Positions 38,516-51,899 of a DNA stretch of 64,000 nt are shown here, piece after piece. The stretch is from positions 18,910,001-18,974,000 of the forward strand of contig CM069137.1 in the NCBI GenBank assembly GCA_035221665.1. The letters run 5' to 3'. Origin of the DNA: Okamejei kenojei (Eukaryota). The notes below the pieces were generated by a model, which was given only the letters and a program-made list of their open reading frames with translations, was not told the origin of the DNA and made no database searches. Position 1 is the first letter of the stretch. Every line of letters starts with the position of its first letter. A program made the translations under genes and the position numbers.

Positions 38516-39725
38516 CATACGAGAACTGCAGATGCTGGTTTAAATCGCATAAACACATAAAAACAAACAAACAAACAACAATAGTGCAAAAAGACAAAAC
38601 CAATGCCTCCAAGTCTATGGAATTCAGAGCTTATTTGGAGGTTGTAGTGTTTAAAGTCTGTAGGGAAGAAGCTGCTCCTGAACCTGCACATTACAGTTTT
38701 CAGGCTCCTATATCTTCATCCTGAAGGCAGGAGTGAATTGATTGTGTGGCCAGGGTGGTGTGGGTCCCTGAAGAAGCCGGCTGCCTTTTTGAGGTACGAT
38801 GAGGATGTACTCTGCATGCTTCAACGATGGTAAACAAACAAAAACACGATTTAACGAAGAGTTAAACATTATCCAGTTCTGGTTATTGCTGATCATTATT
38901 AACAATCTCATTGTCATAGTATTGGCTTATATTGTCATGTGTACCAAAACACAGCCAAAAAGTTTTTTGGTGTGCTACCCAATCAAATCATACTGCACAT
39001 GAGTACATTCTAGCCAACAGAATGCAACAGGTAGTGCAAAGATAAAAAATACCAGAGTGCAGAATATATAGTTGCAGCATTATCGCATTACATTTACAGA
39101 GAAAAAGCACAAGGTCGGCAATGTGGTTGGTTGGAAGATCAGGACTACACCCTAGCATATGGGAGGACAGGAGGTGGAGATGATCAGGCTGTAAATGGTC
39201 CGTGATTATGGTGGCACCTTTCTTGGTGAGCGGGGGACAGGAATGGAAGAAGGCTGGTTTGGGGGCTGGAGGAAGGCTGGTTCATGTGATTGATTGGGCT
39301 GCGTCCGTAACTCTCTGCAATTTCTTGTGGTTTTGGGCACAGCATTTGCTAAACTAAGTTGAGATGCATCCTCATAGGATAAGTGTTAAGTAACAATGGC
39401 GACATGTTGGATTTTCTTCGACTTCTGAGAAAGTAGAGCTTCTAATGTGCTTTCTTGGTGGTAGCATGAACAAAGTAAAGAGGAACTGTAGATACTGGTT
39501 TATACCAAAGATAGACACAGAAACCTGGAGTAACTCAGAGGGATAGGTAGCGTGTATGGAGAAAATAGATAGGTTGCATTTCGGATTGCAACCGTTCTTC
39601 ATAATGCGGTTGGACCAGGACAAATTGTTGTAATTGGAAACTCTCAACCATCACCACTTCAGCATTGATGTAGACGGGGTGTGTACTCCACCCTTCTTCC
39701 TGAAATGGATGTCCAGCAACTTTGT

Positions 39726-39936
39726 GGAGGAAAGAACTGCACGTGCTGGTTTAAATCGAAGATAGGCACAAAATGCTGGAGTGACTCAGCGGGACAGGTA
39801 GCATCTCTGGAGAGAAGGAATGGGTGACGTTTTGGGTTGTATTCAGTCTGAAGAAGGGTCTCGACCCAAAACATCACCCATTCCTTCTCTCCCGTGATGC
39901 TGCCTGCCCCGCTGGAGTTACTCCAGCATTTGTGTC
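39726..39936 (-). mobile_element. Fold-back pLTR-derived element
   Basis: Inverted arms; TSD TGTCCAGC(A/C)ACTTTGT at 39710-39725 and 39937-39952. Confidence 0.85.
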
Positions 39937-42900
39937 TGTCCAGCCACTTTGTTTATTGACTTTGAGTGGAAGCTGGTGCAGCACCATGCAAAGTTGTGTT
40001 GACTCCCAACAGTAGAGTAAGAGGAACTGTAGATACTGGTTTATACTGGTCAGATGTGCATGCTTCTGACCTAGAGGCTTGCAATGTCCAAGCAAAGAAA
40101 ATCAGGAATGGGCTGATCCCTGCAAAGGATGTTGTGAATGTTCCTGCAGGAACTACCAGGGACAGGTGCCTTTGTTTCCACCTTTCAAACTGCCCACCTT
40201 GGAGCACCTCTTAAATATGTAAACCTGCATCGTGGTTGAAGAGAAACAAATAAAGCCGACAACGATTAACCCGTTCAGTGCCAACCCCGAGTGGACTCGG
40301 GTCATGGTCAAAAGTGTAAAAAAACTTGGCAGTGAACAGGTTAACTTTATCTCATATGAAAATGTAATTGACATTTTGATGTCAAAAACAGTTATCAAAA
40401 CATTTTGTCTTAACCTGGAAACGAGAGGCTTTGGGCAAATTGTTCTCCTGGGTTATTGTTAGGTATCACCTTGTTATTTTAACCTATGTATGATGTATGG
40501 CTTTTGAGATTCCAGTGTACTGTCCTGCCTTGTTGAAATATAACACATCACTTGAACTGACTTGCCCCAGACTTTTTAAATTGCACTGCACAGAAAAGGT
40601 GTGGCTGCTATGCACTTTACCCTGAAGCAGAGGTTTTAATTCAGTTGTAATCATATGTTTCCATAATATTCAGGATGCATGGTTAATGTGTCAACTGGAG
40701 AAAATTATTCAGATGAACAGAAATGTCATATTATCATGGACTGTGGGAGATGAATATAATAATCCATTATTGTGGATTTGTTAAACAAGTCTGGCAGGTG
40801 CTTCCGCGAGCATACAACTAGAAGCTATGTTATAATGAATACTGAAGAAGAATAGGTAAGAGGGAGAGGGTTTTGGGATGGGTGGGGGATGAAGCACAGC
40901 CTCAAGAGTTAACGGAACAAAACAACCATTAAACCAATGCTCCTTGTGAATTTGTTGCTAATTAGTACAAATGCCAGACATAGTTACTTCCTAATTGCTT
41001 AATCCCTTTGCTGTGAATGCTGGTATATAATTTGCTCTAAAGTTAAACTTTGTTTTTAGGGAGTGCTTTTCCGCACTAGAACATTTCCAAATATACCAGC
41101 CTTTTGGCACTAGTGTTATTTCCCTCCATTCATGGTGTTTTGAACATGCGGTCTGTAGCCGCCAGAAGATGCATGGTAATTATTCACCTTGGCTACTCCA
41201 ACAGCATGTCCCAGATCCAGAACTCCTAACATCAAGACTCCAGATACATGGCGACACCAAGTTCACCTCTAAGATACCAAGAGACATGAAAGACATGTTG
41301 CAATCCTGAGCAAAAAAAAAGAAACTGCTGGGGGAAATTAATGGGTCAGACAACAGCTATGGAGGGAAGTGAAGGGATGATGTTTCGGGTTGAGCCCCAT
41401 ATTCAAACAGACCCTCCAGCAATTTGTCTTTTGCTCATGTAATGCAACAACTTTTTTCACTGTCAAAGGCCTAAACCATGGAATTACCTACACAATAACA
41501 TTGTGGGATTGGCTTGTGTCAGCGGTTTAAGAAGGCGGCTCCTCAAAAGCAATTGGGGATGGGCAATAAATGTTGGCATTCCCAGCATTATTTCATCTCA
41601 AAAATAAAATTAATTAAAATCATTGAGGGAGCCTTGCTCTTCCTAGTGCCATATAGAATAATAAAATAAATGCAGGAGAACCAGATTCTGAGGCATGATT
41701 TAACATCTCCCAATAAAAAGTAAGGAGAAAATTAAGTTTGGGACATTTCCCTTGATTGATAGAGTGATGTATAACTTTCCATTTTTTTCCATAACTAAAT
41801 TTAAGCACAGTTTAAGTGATGAAGTATTTAACAATTGATTTAGACTCTATTTGTGAGTCTTTCAGTTGCTATTCTGGTTATGATTTAAAATTGAAGGAGC
41901 AAAATGTTGAGAAATCTTCCATAGTGCTCTTAGCGGTTATACAAAATACATTTTACAACCAATATTTTCACATTTTCTCTGAGGTCTGAAGAAGGATTTC
42001 GACCCGGAACATCAACTATCCATGTTCTCCAAAGATGCTGCCTGACTGACTGAATTACTCCAGCACTTTATTTCCTTCTCTGATATCTGCTCATTGTCCA
42101 CGCCTAATGAAAAGGGGTATGTTTTTTTTTGTTTGTCTTTTCAACCTCTACTCTTAGTTGCGATCGAGATATGAAGTTCAAAATCAGCTGCATTTAATTG
42201 AATGCTCTGTATAATTTTTTGCCAACTTGCACAGTAGAAAGCGTATGTGCAGAATGAAGAACATAGTATAGTCCCTCCATTAAGTTGTTAAAATGACTAG
42301 ACTAGGATATTTTCATTTCCGGCCAATAATACTCCAACTTCACGGCCTGCAAATGATAAATTAAATGATCAGGTGACATTAGAATATGAACCATTGAAGG
42401 TTAGGATTCAGTAAAAGAGTCTCAATGCAAATAGTACAACATTCATGGAATTCTTTCAATTAATTTATTCCTATCTTCTCATGGTGAACAATGCAAACTA
42501 AATCTGAAAATGGATTAAGACAGTTTCAGACTTCTTTTAATTCTTATTGCAATTGAAAAAACCCAGGAGCTGCTAAAACCTAATCTCAAAAGACATATTG
42601 TCCCTGCATTGCACTCAGCACATTTAAAATGTAATAAATATTATAACACTGTAAACGTTTATTGATTTTCTCAGGATACATCCAGTTAGCAAATCCCATA
42701 TTTATCAAATTACCACTGTTTGAAGGTCCCTGTAAGTTATAATTTAGAAGCACCAGCGATAGTGTTTATATGGTTTGTGTCTCAATCAAACATCAAATCA
42801 TCAACATAATGTGTTTTTGGTTACAGAATTTGGTGCAATGTTCCAACTTTGGGTATCATATTGCAACCCTGATGGCTTTTATCCAGGATTGCTTCTTGGG

Positions 42901-43632
42901 CCTAGAGTGTTAACAGATTGCACTTCTGAACTGAGCTATGAGTGGAATTTCCATTTTGTACCTGAAACAGATTGTTGTTGGAATCTATTCTTTATAGAAG
43001 GGCGCAAAATTATAAATTTTCCAAAGGCAAGCTATATTTTCCCAGCCGTTTCTAAGCAAACCCATTTATTTTTTAGTTACATAATCCTTCTTCCCTTTGG
43101 CTATCAAACTGTACAACTTCTCCCCCTTCTGTCGTGAGGTAAACTGACTCTCCCCCCCAAATCAATTTCCCTCCTTGCATAAATAAAATATTGTATCATA
43201 GGTATGGGACAACTGTTGATTGACTGGGTGTAATTAGGACTTCAATGCTGGGACAGTAGCCTAGGGGAAAACACTGATGTTGATTCATTTCTCTTGTGGA
43301 GGCAATGTTTGCAATACATCTGCAGAGGGTTTGATGTGACTGCTATGGGTATTCTATAACTCAGAGATAAACGGTGCCCATGAATTTTGTATTAAGTTTG
43401 AGGTCTTGCTCTGCAAACACCATTTACTTCAAATGACCAGATTTTATGAGAGGTGCCCACAAAATATGGAAAGTGTTTTTTTTTTTTAAATTGGGGGACA
43501 TGGTTGAGGATATTGGTGATAAGAACATTAAGTGGCAGGATCACGTTTCCGCACATTACTCTGAATGAGTTGACAATGAGCTGAAGCTCAGCCTTTGAAT
43601 GTGTGCATAGAGGGTCAACAAAATAGAGAGAG

Positions 43633-44112
43633 TACAGAGGAGGTTTCCTAGAATGTTGCCTGGGTTCCAGCAACTATGTTACAGAGAAAGGTTGAACAAG
43701 TTAGGTCTTTATTCTTTGGAGCGCAGAAGGTTAAGGGGGGACTTGATTGAGGTCTTTAAAATGATGAAAGGGATAGACAGAGTTGACGTGGATAAGCTTT
43801 TCCCATTGAGGGTAGGGAAGATTCAAACAAGAGGGCATGACATGAGAATTAAGGGACAGAGGTTTCGGGGTAACATGAGGGGGAACTTCTTTACTCAGAG
43901 AGTGGTGGCTGTGTGGAATGAGCTTCCAGTAGAAGTGGTGGAGGCAGGATCGATTTTAACATTTAAAAGTAAAGTGGATAGGTATATGGACAGGAAGGGA
44001 ATGGAGGGGTATGGTCTGAGTGCAGATAGATGGGACTAGGGGAAAACAAATGGTTGGCACGGACTGGAAGGGCCTGTTTCCGTGTTGTAATCGTCATATG
44101 GTTTTATGGTTA
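43633..44112 (+). mobile_element. CR1 3' fragment (young family C)
   Basis: ORF 43653..44039 YRERLNKLGLYSLERRRLRGDLIEVFK..FFTQRVVAVWNELP; (TATGGT)-type tail. Confidence 0.9.
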
Positions 44113-44729
44113 TAGGCAAGTGATTGTGTATTGCAGCTCGATAAATGAAGTTAGGGTAACCTTTGCCTTGGACCAGAGATGACAGAAGCTGAAGTTTCCC
44201 AGCTGTTCTGTAAATGATCTCCACCTCATGTATTAATGTGCCAACTGATTAGCACATCAATTAACTATCTCACGAGCTCATTACCGAACCAGTGAAATAC
44301 TGCACCAGTTGAATACTGCACCGCCTGATTAATGAGTCTGAAGAAGGGTCCCAACCCGAAACGTTGTTTGTCAATGCTATCTGACCCATTGAGTTTCTCC
44401 AGTACTTTGCTTTGTTGCCGTGCCAAATAATTTCTGCATCAACTGATACTGCTTCAACTGCTAACCAGACCAACCAATTACTGGAGGACACAAAGGACTG
44501 GAGTAACTCAGCAGGTCAGGAAATATCTCTAGAGAACATGGATAGGTGATGTTTTGAGTTGAGACCCTTCCCATGGTCTTTCCCATAGTTGACGGATCAC
44601 ATTGTTATATATTTTGTGCCTTATCTAACACTGAAATAAAATTAGAAAGGAACTGATTTACCAAGGAAAGACACAGAATGCTGCAGTAATTTAGCAGGTC
44701 TCAGGTAGCATCTCCAGGAAATATGGATA

Positions 44730-46360
44730 CAGTGTATTCTGAAAGTATTCAGACGCCATCACTTTTTCCATATTTTGTTACGTTACAGCATTGTTCTAAA
44801 ATTCATTTTAAAATTATCATTCAACGCACAATATCCCATAATAAAAAAGTGAACACAGGTGTTTAGAAATTTTTGCAAAGTAATTAAAAATAAATAACTG
44901 AAATATCACATTTATACCCTTCACTCAGTACTTTGTTGAGGCACCTTTGGCAGCGATTACAGCCTCAGCTCTTCTTGGGTATGACACTATAAGCTTGGTA
45001 CATCTGTATTTGGGTAATTTCTCCCATTCTTCTCTGCAGATCCTCTCAAGCTGTGTCAGGTTGGATGGGGAGCGTCGATGCACAGCTATTTTCAGATATT
45101 CGATCATGTTCTAGTCCAGGCTCTGACTGAGCCACTAAAGGACATTCACAGACTTGTCACAAAGCCACTCCTGCATCGTCTTGGCTGTGTGCTTAAGGTC
45201 ATTGTCCTATTGGAAGGTGAACCTAGAAACATAGAAAATAGGTGCAGGAGGAGGACATTCGGCCCTTCGAGCCAGCACCGCCATTCATTGTGATCATGGC
45301 TGATCACAGTGCCTCCGCCCTCCGCCCCAGTCTGAGGTCCTGAACACTCTGGAGCAGGTTTTCTTCAAGGATCTCTCTGTACTTTGCTCCGTTCATCTTT
45401 CCCTTAACCCTGACTAGTCTCCCAGTTCCTGCCGCTGAAAAACATCCCCACAGCATGATGCTGCCAACATACATGCTTCACCGTAGATATGGTATTGGCC
45501 AGGTGATGAGCGTACCTAGCTTCCTCCAGATGTGACACTTGGCATTCAGGCCAAAGAGTTCAATTTTGTTTAAGTGCCTTTTGGCAAACTCCAAGCGGGC
45601 TGTCATGTGCCTTTTACTGAGTATTGGCTTCCGTCTGGCCACTCTACCATAAAGGCCTATTTGGTGGAGTGCTGCAGATATAGTTGTCCTTCTGGAAGTT
45701 TCTCCCATCTCCACAGAGGAACCCTGGAGCTCTATCAGAGTGACCATCGGGTTCTTGGTCACCTCCCTGAGCAGGGCCCTTCTCCCCCAATTGCTCAGTT
45801 TGGCCGGGCGGCCAGGTCTATGAAGAAACCTGGTGGTTCCAAAGTTCTTTCATTTAAGAAATACGGAGGCCACTGCTGCAGAAATTGTTTTATACCCTTC
45901 CCCAGATCTGTGTCTCGTCACCATCCTGTCTCAGAGGTCTACGGACAATTCCTTCGTCTTCATGGCTTGGTGTTTGCTCTGACATGCACTGTCAACTGTG
46001 GGATCTTATATAGGCAGGGTTGTGCCTTTCCAAATCATGTACAATCAATTTAATTTACCACTTGTGGACTCCAATCAAGTTGTACAAACATCTCAAGGAG
46101 AAACAATGGAATCAGGATGCAACAAAGCTCAATTTTGAGTGTCATAGCAAAGGGTCTGAACACTTATGTAAATGTGATATTTCAGTTATTTCTTTTTAAT
46201 TTGCAAAAAATTCTAGACACCTGTTTTCGCTTTTATATTATGAGGTATTGTGTGTAGAATGATTATTTAAAAAAAATATTTAAATACATTTTAGAATAAC
46301 GCTGTAACGTAACAAAATGTGGAAAAAGTGAAGGGGTCTAAATACTTTCTGAATGCACTG
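44730..46360 (-). mobile_element. Tc1-family DNA transposon with ~200-bp IR/DR-type TIRs and a defective transposase
   Basis: CAGTG...CACTG ends flanked by TA (44728-44729, 46361-46362); long TIRs, the right one with an inner repeat near 46151; GRVARRKP..RLEFAKRH and SYPRR.EAVIAAKGASTKY motifs; CR1 tail nested at ~45225-45307. Confidence 0.93.
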
Positions 46361-46570
46361 TAGGTGGTGTTTCTGGTTGAAATGCTTCTTCCAACCCAAA
46401 ATGTCACCTATCCACATTCTCCAGAGATGCTACCTGCTGATTTACTCCATTGCTTTGTGTCCTGTTGTGTATTAACCAGCATTTACAGTTCTTTCTTTCT
46501 GCAGCCAATTACTGTACTGGTCCACCACTGTACTCTTTGATCACTGCACCAACTGATTAACACTCTAATT

Positions 46571-48188
46571 GATTTGATAAGGTCCCGCACGGGAGGCTGG
46601 TGACTAAAATTAGAGCACATGGTATTGGGGGTAGGGTGTTGACATGGATAGAAAATTGGTTGGCAGACCGGAAGCAAAGAGTAGGAGTGCCGCAACGGGT
46701 CCTTTTCAGAATGGCAGGCAGTGGCGAGTGGAGTGCCGCAAGGCTCGGTGTTGGGGCCGCAACTGTTTACCATATATATAAATGATTTGCAAGAGGGAAT
46801 TAGGAGCAACACTAGCAAGTTTGCGGATGACACAAAGCTGGGTGGCAGTGTGAACTGTGAAAAGGATGTTAGGAGGTTGCAGGGGGACCTGGACAGGTTG
46901 AGTGAGTGGGCAGATGCGTGGCAGATGCAGTATAATATAGATAAATGTGAGGTTATCCACTTTGGTGGCAAAAATAAGGGGGCAGATTATTATCTCAATG
47001 GGTTTAGGTTAGGTAAGGGCGAGGTACAGCGAGACCTGGGTGTCCTTGTACACCAGTCACTGAAAGTTACAGCAGGCAGTGAAGAAAGCTAATGGAATGT
47101 TGGCCTTCCTAACAAGAGGATTTCAGTACAGGAGTAAAGAGGTTCTTCTGCAGTTGTATAGGGCTCTGGTGAGACCACATCTGGAGTATTGTGTACAGTT
47201 TTAACCATATAACAATTACAGCACGGAAACAGGCCCTCTCGGCCCTTCCAGTCCGTGCCGACCATTTGTTTTCCCCTAGTCCCATCTACCTGCACTCAGA
47301 CCATACCCCTCCATTCATTTCCCGTCCATATACCTATCCACTTTACTTTTAAATGTTAAAATCGATCCTGCCTCCACCACTTCTGCTGGAAGCTCATTCC
47401 ACACAGCCACCACCCTCTAAGTAAAGAAGTTCCCCCTCACGTTACCCCTAAACTTCTGTCCCTTAATTCTCAAGTCATGCCCTCTTGTTTGAATCTTCCC
47501 TACCCTCAATGGGAAAAGCTTATCCACGTCAACTCTGTCTATCCCTTTCATCATTTAAAAGACCTCAATCAAGTCCCCCCTTAACCTTCTGCGCTCCAAA
47601 GAATAAAGTCCTAACTTGTTCAACCTTTCACTGTAACATAGTTGCTGGTCCCCTAATTTGAGGAAGGACGTCCTTGTGATTGAGGCAGTGCAGCGTAGGT
47701 TCACGAGATTGATCCCTGGGATCGCAGGACTATCATAAGAGGAAAGATTGAAAAGACTAGGCTTGTATTCACTGGAGTTTAGAAGGATGAGGGGGAATCT
47801 TATAGAAACATATAAAATTATAAAAGGACTGGACAAGCTAGATGCAGGAAAAATGTTCCCAATGTTGGGTGAGTCCAGAACCAGGGGCCACAGCCTTAGA
47901 ATAAAGGGGAGGTCATTTAAGACTGAGGTGAGAAAAAACTTTTTTACCCAGAGAGTTGTGACTTTATAGAATTCCCTGCTACAGAGGGCAGTGGAGGCCA
48001 AATCACTGGATTTAAGAGAGAGTTGGATAGAGCTCTAGTGGCTAGTGGAGTCAAGGGATACGGGGAGAAGGCAGGCACGGGTTATTGATTGGGGACGATC
48101 AGCCATGATCACAATGAATGGCGGTGCTGGCTCGAATGGCCGAATGGCCTCCTCCTGCACCTATTTTCTATGTTTTTATGTTTCTATG
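46571..48188 (+). mobile_element. CR1 LINE (family A) with an antisense family-C CR1 nested at 47203-47648
   Basis: [37 protein letters not shown]. Host sequence GTACAGTTTT|GGTCCCCTAAT is split by the insert. CTATGTTT tail. Confidence 0.92.
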
Positions 48189-49749
48189 ACCAGACTAGCT
48201 GATTAGCTCAACAACAGATCACCGCACTGTTAATTACTGCACTATCGGGTGACTGCTGCAATTGAATACCCCACCAACTAATTACCGACCAGGTCAATTT
48301 CTACACCACTCTTTAACTGAAATCTGATGGCGGCAAGTGGAGTCGACCGATGTTATTCCATCCATAATCAGCAGTCGGAAAGTCTTTCTGCAGGGTACAT
48401 GAATCATCATTTGCAAATAGTGGCAAAATTTAGTTGAGAACAATGCTGTCAAAAGTATTTGTTGATAATATCAATGGCATATTAACGCCTTTCATAATTA
48501 TAAATGACTGTGGGGCACATATTCCATTGCTACCATATTGTAAATTAGGGAATGGTTAAATAGAATTACACAATTCAGTAATGAACAACTGGCATGAAGA
48601 CGATCACAAATTGCTTGATCAGCGATGAAAAGTTTTAGCTTCTAACTGATTGGGAAGGTTTAATCACCATTCTGACTTTGCAAAACCTTTTAACCTTTTG
48701 CTCAACCCAGTTTCCCAGTTCAGTAAAAAAACATTCTGTAAACACTGTATGACCATGTTTATGAAACTCACTGTGCAAAAGTGAAGTTTTTTTTAAACCC
48801 TGCCAAAAAAGAGGTTTGCACACTAAATTATTAATCAGACGGCAGCTTGTGAGCAACATGGTTTGAATGTTTTTCGTAAAATGGCCTAGCAGTCATTGAA
48901 GGATTGTTAGTGGCTGGCCACTGTGTTACGAAGTCAGACATGCCTGGAAACCAAACATTCACACTCCCAACTGTGACTTTCGGATCTTGTTATTGGTTAT
49001 GGGAAAAGAAATGTAACAAATAAATCAGAAAAGCAAAAAATTCAGCAGAATACGGCAGAATAAATGTTCAGGAAAAGAAACACAGAAACGCTTGAAATGC
49101 AAATGACTAGGCATCAGTAAAGAGAAAATATAGATGTGGGCCTTCAAATGAATATGGATTGCTGGCTTGGCAGAAGCTGTTTAAAGATAACAACCAACAC
49201 TGTCTCGCAGTTCACCAAAAATAAGTACACAGCTGCTGAATGTAAGTGTGCTGAGTAAAATGAATGACTTAGGATAACCCATAATTTTCTATCCGAATAA
49301 TTTAACGGCCTCATTTATAAAATAACCATGACACTGCAAAAGTAGGAGTGCTTGAAACTCCCTCAGGTCTTTCAAGGTTAATGGTGTGGTAAAAACAATA
49401 CAGCTTGAGAAAAGAGATTTGCTTTGATGAATGCATTTCATCACGTCTGAATCTCACAGGTCACCTCAGTACCATCTGGAAGGTTCATCAAACGTTCCTG
49501 ATGCGTTGTGCTGATGTACACAACTACTGAAGTCGGTGCTGACTGTGAAAGTGCATGGCGTGGAAAAGTCACACGTATCTTTGGTGGTCTCCATTTCACC
49601 TTCTGTGCATAAGGTGACCTTCCCCCCGCCCCCGCAACTCTCCCAACCTGTGTTGGCCTGTAATTCAATGCCAGCACAATAAGTCTTGGACTAAGCCCAC
49701 CTTTCCTTTGGATCACAGGAATAACGCGAGACAGAAGAAAACAACCGTG

Positions 49750-49762
49750 GGTCACATTGACC
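49750..49762. promoter_or_regulatory. Perfect palindromic estrogen-response-element core (candidate)
   Basis: G-GGTCA-CAT-TGACC-T matches GGTCAnnnTGACC in non-repeat sequence; function not shown. Confidence 0.3.
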
Positions 49763-51899
49763 TCGGGGCCATGAGAATGTCCACAGGTGAAAAGGCCATG
49801 TGAAGATATCCAGAAAATTTGCATCGAATAACAGGATCCAAACCATACCAAAGGCTTCAATTCCCTTTGATATTTCAAAACGACCACTGACTTACACAGC
49901 CATCAGTCACCTTTACTTTTAAATTGCAAATCATACCATTGAAATATGTTCTATTTCCATCTTTTACATACCTATGGATATAGTGCTGCTCACCGTCATA
50001 TGAATAGCCCTTGTCTAAAGCATACACCAGGCTTTGCATTTACCACCAGTTTTCTTGTACCATCAGACATGCTATCAAATAAATACACAAGTATTTGTTC
50101 ATAAATAAAATGTAAAAATCACAATATTCAGAGACTTTATAATTTCTAATATCTGAACTATTAAAGTAAATGCCCATACTTACCCATTAATCACTTGATT
50201 TATGGGCATTGCGTTAACGTGAGAGGGGCAAAATGTAAAAGAGATGTGCAGGGCAGATTATTTACATGGAAGGGGGTGGATGCCTGTTGTCAATAAACTA
50301 TCCAGTCATAATTCATGTTTCTTTCAAATGTGTGGATAATGCAGCATCTTTGACCATGTCAGTTTACCTCCCTTCCATTCTTACGTATACTTTCAGATGC
50401 ACAGTGTATTTACAAGACATATTTGAAATAATTGTAAAAGTAATTAATACCTGTTAAATTTGAACCTTGTCCTTAGATAATAGGGCAAATACCCAAAGTA
50501 ATTTTAATCAGATTATAAAAGCTTTGCGCTCAAAGCACCAATATTCTGAATAGAAAACTCTGCTTTCTCTTGTCATTGCATGATCAAACCAGCATTCAGT
50601 TGGTTTACAAAGACAAGCTTTTCACTCTTGATTTAATAGATTTCCCTGAGAATGGGAAGTAATTGTAAAAAAGGCACGTTGACTAAGTATTGACTTACAA
50701 TAATGGCGGTAGGATGACAGACTTGAAAAAATATTTGGCAGGTTGTAGATGATTAGAGGCCCAGTTTCATTATGGAGAAACGTCGCAATTGAGTGCCCAG
50801 ATTTTGCGGGCAGTCATTACCCATGGACACCCATGCCATTATTTACCCAATCTAGTTCAGACGGTCTACATGCTAGTCTAATGCAACCTGGAAATAAGAA
50901 GTAAGATTTGTAGGAAGGAAGTGCAGATGGTGGTTTAAACTGAAGATAGACACAAAATGCTGATGTAACTTAGTGGGACAGGCAGCACCTCTGGAGAGAA
51001 GGAATGGGTGATATTTTGGGTCAAGACTCTTCTTCAGACTAATTCATAGAAACATAGAAAATAGCTGCAGGAGTAGGCCATACAGCCCTTCGACCAGCAC
51101 CGCCATTCAATATGATCATGGCTGATCATACTAATATCAGTACCCCGTCCGTTCCTGCTTTCTCCCCATATCCCTTGATTCCATTAGCCCCAAGAGTTAT
51201 CTCTAACTCTCTCTTGAAAACATCCAGTGAATTGGTCCACTGCCTTCTGTGGCAGAGAATTCCACACATTCACAATTCTCTGGAGTTCAGAAATAAGATC
51301 CTGAGCGATGGCAGATTTCCATCAGCAAACTGGGATAGCTGTGCCCTCAGAAAGTCCCAGATAGTCGTGACGACCATTAAAGCCCTGCCCCTTGCTATGC
51401 GGGCTGTTAAATCTGCCCAGACTTATAAATGTCTCTGAATGCGTCTGACATCCAAATATAATTGAAAATCATAAAAAATGAAAAACATTTAAAGGAAAAA
51501 TAAAATCAGCAAAAATTATTTTAAGTGATTAAAACATTGATCAAAATGTGAATACGTTGGAATAAAATCATGTCATCTTTCTTCTGTACCAGTCATTGGG
51601 GTTGCAAATTCCATACTACATAGAACTTGGGATAGGGTTTGAGAGCTGGTGTAAATACTGGTGAAGCTCAATGAGAAGAAGATGTGCCACTTTGCACTAT
51701 GTGGATTCAAGCAGTAAGGTGCATAAAGGTATGGTGACCATCACTTGTTTTCGATGTTTCACTATGAATATTCAAAAGCCTGGACTCGCTTGTGTTGGAC
51801 CACGTGTTGATCTTCTGTACACTTAGTTTAATATAACTTTCAAATGAGTGACCAGTTGGGTAGATCATTGCTGGTCACTGTTTATCCAGTAGCCTCAAA

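Noticed and set aside
49441-49887. 148-aa minus-strand ORF in unique DNA
   Set aside because: No domain or coding-like composition; length compatible with chance.
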